From contig CM075980.1 of assembly GCA_038087875.1 (NCBI GenBank), positions 11,346,001 to 11,410,000 of the forward strand: a stretch of 64,000 nucleotides of DNA, read 5' to 3'. This DNA comes from Malacoraja senta. Taxonomy: Eukaryota. Below, in pieces: positions 13,001 through 25,000 of this stretch (the stretch's first letter is position 1; every line of letters begins with the position of its first letter). Both the position numbers and the translations under genes were made by a program. The notes beneath the pieces are model-generated. The model searched no databases and was not told the DNA's origin. It saw only the letters and a list, made by a program, of their open reading frames with translations.

Positions 13001-16000
13001 GGTAGAGATGCACAGAGATAAGCAGCAGCACTTTCTACATGTAATTTAGATGTGCATCAGTTGAGTGTGAGCAAAATCTTTATGGAGTCATGCATGTGCA
13101 GGAAGGGAAAGGAATGATGTATGCAAGTATATGGCTCAGCTTTCTGGGACCTGATGGAATACTCCTTTCCCTGCAACTTTACAAGGGAAATAAAAAATAA
13201 TATTTATCTTGGCCGGAAACGTTAAAGATTGGATCGACTGGGCTAATAGTCACTGGAATTTAGACGGATGAGAGGAGATCTTATAGAAACATATAAAATA
13301 CTTAAGGGCTTGGACAGGCTAGATGCAGGAAAAATGTTCCTGATGTTGGAGTCCAGAACCAGGGGGTCACAGTTTAAGAATAAGGGGCAGGCCATTGAGG
13401 AAAAACCTTTTCATCCAGAAAGTTGTGAATCTGTGGAATTTTCTGCCACAGAAGGCAGTGGAGGCCAATTCACTGCATGTTTTCAAGACAGTTAGATGTA
13501 GCTCTTAGGGCTAATGGAATCAAGGGATATGGGGAGAAAGCAGGAATGGGGTACTGATTTTGGATGATCAGCCAGATCATAATGAATGGCGGTGCTGGCT
13601 CGAAGGGCCGAATGGCAGACTCCTGCACCTATTTGCTCAACTGCTTTGGATCACTCACTTTCCAACTTTAAAGACACCCTCCCCCCCACCCCCCGAAAAA
13701 AATAAATTTACCCTTGCTCTCCATTTCCCCCCCCCCCCCCCCCATTCCCTTACCCACTGATGGCAACTTCCCACATAAGGTCAGGTTAAAATTGAGTGAT
13801 TTTTTAGTCAATATCCCAGTGATATCCCAATGGTGCCACTGAATCCAGGGGTGTGAGAGAGGGGTATGAGAAGAAACCTTCTGGGTGTCTTTAAAGTTGG
13901 AAGTGCAAGATCCAAAGCAGTCGAGCAAAGTGGACTTGGTTTTACCTGCCCAGCTCCCGTCAGATGGACGAAGTTAAAATCATCATTTGACGATACCTGC
14001 TTTAGTTCTCCAGGATTCCTCCTCCAGGGCAACAAGCAGTGATGGCAGCACAAGCTTCACACCTGTGCACTCAGATTCCGCATCACTGCCTTCGCAGTAT
14101 CATCAGATGCCTGTGGGGAAGACAAGTTGCAGGTACGGGTGTTACGTACGCTTGAGAACTATCACGAGAAGTTAAGAACAGACCAGAGTTTATATTATTA
14201 ATCTAATCCCACAAGAAAATAGTACCAATACCGTTTATCTGAACCCTTTACAGGTAACAGGAGGAGGCCACTTAATGTCCAGGCCACACACACACAAATA
14301 AAAAAAGACAAGGTACAGTAAAAGGCTAGTTACAAGCAAAAGATCCACTGACCTCTCGGACATACTGGTTGCCATCACCAAAACACAACAGCAAGTGAGG
14401 GAGCACGTGCACCACATATGGCTCAAAGAGTTTCCCCAACATATTGCACAACATCTCAAAAGCAAACAGAGCACCTATGAAGAAGAGCAACAAAAAGTAA
14501 ATGGTTTTACTGAGGCTCAGGGGAATACCTGCACTATACAACGTACAAGGAAAATAGGACATTCCCAGACACTATTAGTAAAATGCTGTTGGGCCAAATG
14601 AGTGGTGTTTACCTGTTATTTGGAGTTATTCAAATATCAACATTTGAATTTGTGTGTCAACATTAATTCAATCATATATATAGTGCTACATCATAGTGCT
14701 CCAATTGAAAACAATAAAATTATTTCTGTGGCACTGATCAGTGCTTAAAAAGCACTCCAGGGCAAGATGGTGCAGACACTGAAATGGATGCATTGGAGGT
14801 AGACCCTGTGCCTCATTTTGTTGTGTTACTATCAGCTCTGAGCAAGCCTGCATGCCATCCTTTTCCAGTATTCTAATATTCTCTTGATGATCCCTTCAAC
14901 TTTGATCACATGTTTCCTCAGGAATTCCACATTCTAATAACTTTTGTGCAAAGATTCTAAGCTTACCGTTTCAGCTTCTAGGGGCTGATTCTACGAATAG
15001 GCCCCAATGATACAAAATTACCAGATACTGCAAGAAATCTTTCATTACTTGGCCCAAAGTACCTTCATAATTCCATACATTTTTGTTCAACGAGTTTTCC
15101 CTAAACCTTCTCTATTGTATTAAATGACAGTCTTTGATCAATGGAGCCACAGTAAATGATGCAAGACAACAGTAAATGATGCAATCAACAAATACAAATG
15201 TGAAAAGTTTTAAAATTGGTGGATCATGTGCAGAGATTACAATACAGAGAAAGCAAATCTGAATTTACCCCACAGGGCTGAATTAAATAAAACGATACCT
15301 TAACATTTACTTTGAAAGCATACAGGTCAATTAAAAAAATGAGACTTTTGACGTTGTTAACACTGGAACAGCTGTTCAACAGCTGACCTTTCAAAGCGAG
15401 GACTAAGGAAAAGCAATGATCACTTTACAGTGCATTGTCACTGCTGTTTACAATGGTGTTTAGAGATCATCTGCATGCAGACATTAAATCAGTTAAAATA
15501 ACATTTGGAGCAGTCCCATTTGCAAAAGACTTTGACGCTGTGGGTGGTATCCCAACCATCACATCAACTGTTGGCATTCAGCATGGATTTCTGAGGTTTA
15601 AATTTAGTAATAAGCAGATGCTCATCTCACCTTCCCTTCTCCGGAAGTTCTTCTTGTCCTGAATAGCATCTGTCAATGTCACCATTATTTCCTGCTGCTT
15701 CAGAGCGAGAATCCCCAATCCTTTTACCAGTCCAGCCAGACCATATGCTGCCCCTTTCCGCTCAGCATATTTATCCGACTCCAGTAATAGCTGCAGCAAT
15801 TTCTGAACCATGCCAGCGGCATCATCTCTGATGGCAGGCACCAGTGGAGGCAGGCAGCTAGCCACCGACTCCTGAACCTACAAAAGCAAACACGTTTACT
15901 TCAGCAGGGAACAAATTACAGTGAAACAGGGCCCACAGTCATAGAGAATGTCTAATCTTGAGTAGATTTAGATTGATATACAAGATAGCTAGGCCCAAAT

Positions 16001-19000
16001 GTTTGACATCAGAGGATTACATTGGCATCTATAAATTAATTTCCAATTCTAAAGCTTTGAAGCAAAGAAAGAATGAATCTATGTACTGAGCTCCTGATGT
16101 GCTTAGCAAAGAGCAAAGTGCTATGCAATCCATTAAAGTTACTTTTTGAAGTGTGGTCACGGCTGCAACAGCTGACACTTGACATCTACAGTCAGAGAAA
16201 GGGACAACACAGAAACAGTGCCTCAATCGCTCTGAGTCAATGTTGATCATTAATCATCTATTTACACAACTCACGATTTGTAATTCCTCATTCTCAACTC
16301 CCCCCAGCTTCTTAATTTTACCACGCACCAATATTCCAGGGGCAATCCACAGTAAACAATTAACCCACCAACACAGAAGAATTGGGATATAGGATGAAAC
16401 CAGAGCACCAGGAGGAAATCCATGTGTCACATGTAAACTCCATGTGACAGAACCCTAGGTCGGGATTAAACCAACGCTGCACCACCCTATTTTGCAGACA
16501 TCAAGTATCCAAAAACTGCAGAGTGACGATGACTAAAATATATTTCATTATTTCAGGACAGGTAAATTTAATACAGAGGAGAATCCTGATTATCTTCGAG
16601 TATTGACACAAGGTCTTTTACAGTCTCCTGAGACAGCACAGACAGTCTCTAACCTCTCATCTAGAAAGTGAGTGTGTTGGATGGGACAGCAGTCGTCCTG
16701 TACTGCTTTGTAGTGCCCGTCTAAACCTGATGACGCAGTGCCCAGAGTTGGAACAGGATTCCCAAGTGAGCTACCAATGAGCCAAGGACTGGAGTACATT
16801 AGTACAGTACCTGTTGGGATGGCGTTGAGAGTGCAGTGATGAGCTTTGCCACAATGGGTTTTACTTTAGGATCGCTCTTATCCAAATGTTTTGCCAGAGA
16901 ACCCATGAGAATGACCACGCTTTGCCTCACAGCATCATAATTAGCATCATTAGGGGCATTTCTCAGGAACTCTTCAAATACCGGTAGGAGCGAAGTGACA
17001 TTATCCTACAGAGAAAAGGGAACAGTAGGTTACTGGAACAATTTGCAAAGTCTGGCACCATAGAATAATACAAATTTACAGCATATGAGATGATTATTCA
17101 TGCCATTGTGTTTATGCTAGGCAAATCTGGGCAATTTCAGCTAATCCCACTCTTAGCCCAGAGTTTTTTAATTGAATTCATCCAGCCCGTTTTAATGTGG
17201 TGTGGGGTTTTATCTCCAGCAGGTCAGACATTGAATGGAAATATTTTTCTTCACCACTTCTCTAATCCTTCCACTAATTAAGTTATACTTATGCCCCCCC
17301 CCCCCCCTCGTTATCGATCTGCCTGTTGAAAAACAAATGTTTTCTCTTCACTTATAGATTGATAAGTAAAGAGAAAACTAGACTTATCAATGAACTGTGA
17401 CATCCTTAAGTAAGGTATCATAACCTGTTTGCTAATTCTTTACTTCCAATACAATTTATCAACTATACGTCAATTAAATATCCACTCGACTGTATCTCTT
17501 CAGTTTAAGAAAAACAATCACAACTTCAAGAGTTTCTCTGCATAACTATAATTCCACAGCTCTAAAATCATCCTTGTAGATCCCTTCTGCATCCTCTCTA
17601 ATGCCATCACATCTTTCCTTCAGTATGGCAACCAAATATGCAAAGTGATCTCACTGCAGTCTAACATTTATAACAGTTTGTCAGTTTTAGTGCCATGTTT
17701 TTTATGTTATGTTATAATCAGATACAATTTGGTATAGCTAGGGAGGTAAGCAACAAATAATAATGTACAAATCAAATACGAAATGGGCCACTCAAACAGG
17801 CCACGTACAATGAGCTCAATGAGCTTAACTTGCGTTCATTGAACACTCCTCACAATTAAAACAAATATTTAAAGGGATCGGTGCACCTGGCCAATAGAAC
17901 CAAGTCCACAAACATATTTGTAGTCACTAGCCAGCGACATCAATTCCTTCTTTAATAGTCTCTATCTATATACTTTCAAAATATCTTCTGAAATTTCAAG
18001 AATTATACCACCATAGTTTGTAAATTCATGTTATATCTATTTCACATGCATAGTAATGAGCTGTGACATCCTTAAGTAAGGTATCATAACCTGTTTGCTA
18101 ATTCTTTACTTCCAATACAATTTATCAACTATTGTCTTATTACTGTTCCACTAATTATGGTATCATTTAAATAATAGCTCTGTCACAAAGGAATGGCATC
18201 GTTATGAGTCACTTCTTTAAATTATTAGAAATACTCACCACAGAAGAAAACCCAAGGCAAATATCCTTGAATGAAGGCAAGCTTAGTTGTATTTACACTG
18301 TTCTTTCATGACCTCAACATCCCAAACCACTTACAGCTAATTAAATATGATTAAAGTGTGGTCATTTGGCCACAGCCAATTTGCATTAAATAATCCCATA
18401 ACTAAATATAATAATAGCAGTTGGGGGGTTTTCTAAGTGCTGTTAGGCAAGGGACAAACGTTGGCCAGAACACCCGTGCCATATATCAGCTAGTGGCTTG
18501 CGAACATTTCCTGCATTTAATATCTGATCTGAAATACAGCACTTCCAATGATACAGCATCTCTTCAACAGAGCAAAAGAGTGTCAACCAAGATTTTCATG
18601 CTCATGTCCCTGCAGTCCTCTGCCTCAGAGACAATGTCCTCCCAGTGGAGAGACTGAGTTACGGTTGACCTTTTAAGATTCCCAGTGGCTCCACAGCTGC
18701 TACAAGCACCTCAATAATGTGTCCATTCTTGATAAAAGATTTGTCAACCATTATCTAATCATTGATGTTTGAACACCATGAATCCAGTGCCACAAAAGCT
18801 AGTTACTTCATACAGTAGACAGACCTACCTTTCCATGGGTGTTAAGTGCAGAAAGAGCTGCATCCAACATGCACTTTCTGACCTCAGGGTGACGGTCATT
18901 CAAGGCTTCAGGCACATAGAATTGAAATAGGAGCTTGACTTGTGATCCATCAAAATACTGGGAAAGTTTGTTCAAAGCCAGAGCAATTCCACACCTACAG

Positions 19001-22000
19001 AAGTGAGAGCACTCCATTACAAGCCTTTCCCCACATGTTAAAAAGCAGTTTACATAAGCCTGTGCATAAAATCCCAAGCAAATACTCAGTAAAATGGTTC
19101 CACATAGTTCTAAGAGATCTTCGTTTCAGTTGTATCTATTGGATGACAATCAAGATGGGCTAGCCAAAAATGGCAAAATTGTCTGAAGGGTCCTGACCTG
19201 AAACACACCTATCCTTTTTCTCTGGACATACTGCCTGACCCAGTGAGTTATTCCAGCACCTTTGCCTATCTAAGCCCCCAAAAAATGGCATCTGCTTTAG
19301 CAGGAAGAAAAAGCCCAATACAATCTGCCTCCAAGCATGTCTTAAGGTCCACTGACCTCTGCTGGAAGGTATACATATGCATAGAAATTGAGGCTAGGCT
19401 CAGCAACAGCTCCTTTACCAGTTACTACTTTGGTCAAATACATTTGGCCATTTGGATGAGATCCTGGAGGGAAACTGGCATTGATGGAATACCACCTTCA
19501 TATTAACCACAATGTGCATAGTACCTCAACTTAAAAATGCCACCATTCCTTTGTAGCTGGTGGTCAAGATCCCCCAACTCCACAATGAATAATACAATGC
19601 CCAATGTACAAAGGAGTCACCAACCCAAATTTGTAAATCAGTTTCTTTGCAAGTGGAATAGAGTTCTAATGTCAACACATGGGTCAGAGACTAATGTTGC
19701 TATATGCCCTCAGCCCCCCTGATTTGTTTTTAAATTGCTTGGTGTTGAAACCTCAATATGAACATCCACCCTTCGGAATAGTTGAGGCATAATGGGACAT
19801 GCTACAGCTATTTGGAAATGTGGCATTCATATATCAGGGAGTATTTGTCCTTCATTGTATGTACTGAATGCTTAGATAGCTATAGATAAGGAATAAATGC
19901 TGGCCTTGGCAATGAGGCACACATGACAAGCAATAACATGCAAAAATAATTTCCAGCTCATCAAGGAGGAACAACAGAGGAAAAGGCACTGCATGTTAGC
20001 TACGTTTCCACAAAATGCTTAGACACCGTACCTGGCTTCCCACTGATCAGGTGGAGATTCGGATATTACTCGACCAAGAGCATCCAATACTGGAGGTGGC
20101 CTCTGCACAAAACAATTAGATTCATCAGCAATTACTAACAACTGAAAGCTAGAAATTAAAATTGACATCAACTCAAAGAATGAACGTGAAAAAACGTTTC
20201 TAAATATTTTCCTTCCTCCTTTAATTAACAAAATGAAAACTTCAACGTAGTTCAGACAATAAGCTGTGAACTTGGACGATGCACCATTGGAATAATGAAG
20301 TTTATTCCTATGAAATTTCTGTCCTTCCCACTGTTTATCTTCTACATATGCCTCTCATACTAATATTAATACACTTAACATCTCCATGCTTTTGCAATTT
20401 TTTTTTATTTTAAGGAAGGCGTAATGAAAATTAGCATGAAACATTTAAATTTATCCTACAATACCTGTTCATTACATCTCACTGAATTTACATTTGGTCT
20501 TTGAAGCGGACTCTTGACAGGCTACAAATGTTTGCTCACTAATGTGCTTCCCCTTCCTAAATGAATACCACCAGGGTCGCTGGGGCGATGGCTGCCCTGC
20601 CGGCAGTCTGTTCGTTTTTTCTCATTCTTTTTGTTATTTTTTAGTGTGTTAACAGTTTGTTTTAATGTTCTTCGGTTTGTTTTATGTGGGGGAGGGGGGA
20701 GGGGATTGGGGGAAATTCTTTTTTTAAGTTCTTACCTTGCCGGAGATGCTTTTCGGATCACATTCTACGGCGCGCTCTGCGGCCTTCCATCGATGGAGCT
20801 GGAACGCTCCTCGGACTGACTTTGAACCCTATCGCGGGGCGAGGACTTAACATTGGAGCTGATCCCTTGCCTGGGATCGCTCCGAATGCGACCTCCGTGG
20901 ATTTACCATCAATCTCGCAGTCAGGAGAGGCTAGTCGGGATGCTCCAACGTCGCGGAAGGTTCGACCAGCCCCGACGCGAGGTTCGATCGCCTGGCACGG
21001 GGGAGCTGACATTCCCCCCCCCCCCCCCCCCGATGCGGGAGCTGATCACCTCGACGCAGAGGGCCCGAACGCCTCTGGCTATGGGAGTCAAGATCGTCCC
21101 GTCAACGGAGGCTCGAGGCCCACGAACGAGGAAGAACTAAGGGAAGGGACTTGAATTTTATTTCGCCTTCCATCACAGTGAGGAATGTGTAGGAGTCACT
21201 ATGGTGGATGTTCATGTTAAAATGTGTTTTTGAGTGAACTGTTGTTTTTAATTGTATGACTGACCTGGCAAATGAAATTCATCGTATGTTGCAAAACATA
21301 CTTGGCGAATAAAGTGTGATTCTGATTCTGATTCTAAATGTACTTTGTGCCAGCATCACCCAAAACAAATATTCCACCGAATTAACCATGCAAAACTTAA
21401 TTCCCTCCTCAAGAGTTCTTCCATAAACTACAAGCAAAGAAAACCCAGGAATCTACACGTCCAAGTTCGGATGAGGATCCTTTGCATTCTTTCCTTACAT
21501 TTCTCCTCAAGAGAGCTTACGTAAAATTCTTACATAAAGTTTCTCCTGGTAAATTTCAATCAGCTTAGCCATCACTTCAGCAGCCTGCTGCTGATACTGT
21601 GCCACAGCATTGGACAGTGCTTCTGCTCCTGCTTGGCGTATTGCTTCCTCATGATATATCACATCCTTAATCAGTAGTGAGCAGAGGTCTGGCTGCAACT
21701 CCAGTGCCATGGCGTCCCACAATCTGAGACATAAAAGGAATCATAAAGGAGCATTTAGATGATCACTGTCGAGAATCCCACAATCGTTTATCTGATGCAG
21801 AGCCCAAACAAACAGATAAAGTAGACACAAAATACTGGAGTAACTCAGCGGGACAGGCAGCATCTCTGGAGAGAAGGGCTGGGTGACGTTTCGGGTGAAG
21901 TCTGAAGAAGGGTCTCAACCCGAAACGCCACCCATTCCTTCTCTTCGGAGATGCTGCCTGTCCCGCTGAGTTACTACAGCTTTTTGCGTCTATCTAATAT

Positions 22001-25000
22001 ATTTAGTGGTCTGTATAACATAATTAAAATAAGATATCAAAACATTTCAAATCATTTATCTTTTATAATGGAACAAAACTAATCACAATGGAATACCTTT
22101 TATAAACAAAGAACATTAAAATATCTCAGTCAATTCCATACTTTTCAAAACATAATCACTTTTATAATACTGGGGGGAAACAACCAATTTTCATTAACCA
22201 GCTCCTCGAAACAGCAATGAAAATAATCAATCAGTTTTAGTAATGTTGATTAAAGAACAGTACTAAGTCTCAGACAGAACTAATAACTTCCTTCCTCTAC
22301 TTTAAACTAGTGTCATGGGATCTCTTGCAACAGCTGTGAGACCAAAGGTTTAATATCTATTTTAGAAGAAGCCATCCCAAGAGAGCAGTATTTCCACAGA
22401 ATTGTACTGCAAATCACAATGGTACCAGGAAAAATAAAATCACAATGACTTCTTATAACTGGAGGTTGGATATTTAGTAGGCTTATAGGACATACTCAAT
22501 GAGTACTTTAATTGTGCGAAGATAGACTACTCAAAAACTAATGAAGAAACATTAAGTTATGAGCACTCTTATCATCACAATAGGTTGCCAGTAAACAAGT
22601 CCTTACTTTTTAGCCTGCAGTCTGCTTTCATCATCGACGTCAAACTGGGAAATCCACAGTCTGCGCAGTAGGTTCAATCCATTCTTCTCATCACTGTCTG
22701 GAGTGGGCAGCACCATGTTCATCTCCAGCAATCCCTGCAAAACAGCAGAAGCACAGGATGACTTCTACCATCTATTAAGACTGCCTTAATCTTCAAGAGA
22801 ACAAATTACAGAACCTTAAAAGGTGTCAGCCACGTGTCAATGGCAGCAGCACTTAGTGCCAAAAGGCTACAAGTCCACATCCACTTTCAGAGACCCAAGT
22901 GCAAAATCTACGGTGACATAATGCAAAATAAGGATGTAAAGCACCAATGTGGGGACTGAGAGTATGCAACTCAGCAGGGTGAAAATGATTCCATGATACT
23001 ATATTCAAATGCAGCAGGCAGAATCTCCCTGGGGCTTGTCCAATTGCTATCAATGGATGGTCAGCACCTCATATTTTGCTTGGCTTGCTTACACCCCAGC
23101 GGTATGAACATTAACTTCTCTAACTTCAAGCAGCCCTTGCTTTCCCTCTCTCCATTCCCTCTGACCAGTCGTACTGTCTCAGACAACATTTTACCTATGT
23201 ACTGCCCAAACCCCTGACATCAATCAGAAGAAGGGTCTCATAGAAACAAAGAAACATAGAAAATAGGTACAGGAGTAGGCCATTCGGCTCTTCGAGCCAG
23301 CAACGCCATTCAATATGATGATCATGGCTGATCACCCAAAATCAGTACCCCGTTCCTGCTTTTTCCCCATATCCCTTGATTCCCTTAGCCCTATGAGCTA
23401 AATCTAACTCTCTTTTGAAAACATCCAGTGTATTGGCCTCCACTGCCTTCTGTTCCACAGATTCATAACTCTCTGGGTGAAAAAGTTTTTCCTCATCTCA
23501 GTCCTAAATGGCCTATTCTTAAACTGTGACTCCTGGTTCTGGATTCCCCCAAGATCGCGAATATTTTTTCCTGCACTACCCTGTCCAATCCTCTAAGAAT
23601 TTTATATGTAATAATTTTATAAGATCTCATCCTTTAAATTCCAGCGAATGCAAGCCCAGTTGACCCATTCCTTCATCATACGTCAGTCCCGCCATCCCGG
23701 GAATTAACCTGATGAACCTACGCTGCACTCCCTCAATAGCAATAATGTCCTTCCTCAAATTAGGAAACCAAAATTGCAAACAATACTCCAGGTGCAGTCT
23801 CACCAGGGCCTTGTACAACTGCAGTAGGACCTCCTTGCTCCTAAATTCAAATCCTCTTACAATGAAGGCCAAAATGCCATTGGCTTGCTTCACTGCCTGC
23901 TGTACCCGCATGCATACTTTCAGTGACCTACCCTTCTCCTAATCTGACACCATTCAGATAATAGGTAGACACAAAAATGCTGGAGTAACTCAGCGGGACA
24001 GGCAGCATCTCTGGAGAGAAGGACGTTTCGGGGGCGAGACCCTTCTTCAGACTGACGAAGGTATGTCTACCATTCAGATAATAATCTGCTTTCCTGTTCT
24101 TGCCATCAAAGTGGACAACCTCACATTTATCCACATTATACTGCATCTGCCATGCTTCTGAGGCTGCAAGTCACCCTGCAGCCTCATAGCATCCTCCTCG
24201 CAGCTCACACTGCCACCCAGCTTTGTATCATCTGCAAACTTAGAGATGTTACATTTAATTCCCCCTTCTAAATTGTCAATATATATTGTTAACAACTGGG
24301 GTCCCAGCACCGAGCCTTGCGGCACCCCACTAGTCACTGCCTGCTATTCTGAAAAGGACCCGTTAATTCCTACTCTTTGCTTCCTGTCTGCCAACCAGTT
24401 CTCCATCCATGTCAATACCTGCCCCCAATACCATGTGCTTTAATTTTGCACACTAATCTCTTGTGTGGGTCTCCTTATCCATTCTACTTGTTACATCCTC
24501 AAAAAAATCCAAAAGATTAGTCAAGCATGATTTCCCCTTCATAAATCCATGCTGACTTTGACTGATCCCGTCACTGCTTTCCAAATGCTCTGCCATAACA
24601 TCTTTCTCGACCCAAAATGTCACCCTTCCTTCACTCCAAAGATGCTGCCTGGAGTAAATAAATTGTCCTGTTATTTATGGAAAAAGCAGAAGTGCTTTTC
24701 ACTGGCTGAAATGCACTGAGATGCTCCAATACAAATGCTTTTTCTCTGCTGTTTATGTGGCCTCCATATCAGCCCTCTATGCCAGTGAGTCATGGAAAAT
24801 CAATGTGAAGATGAAAAAGAAATTGAATGCATTCCAACAACGATGCTTGAGGAAGATCCTGAAGACTAGCTACAGAGAACACATCACAAACGAGGAGATC
24901 TACCGGGAAACTGCAACAAAGCCTCTCAGCCAGGACTTAGAGGTACGCAGGATGAAATTTGCAGGACGTGTACTCAGAATGTCACCAGAACGTGCACCTA

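Noticed and set aside
13960-13992. ATGATGA...CTGA immediately after the exon 36 donor
   Set aside because: Only 27 nt long, overlaps the donor region, and has no downstream D box
20574-20612. HDV-like ribozyme at the head of element B
   Set aside because: Only two small hairpins followed by a T-run; the nested double pseudoknot cannot be built
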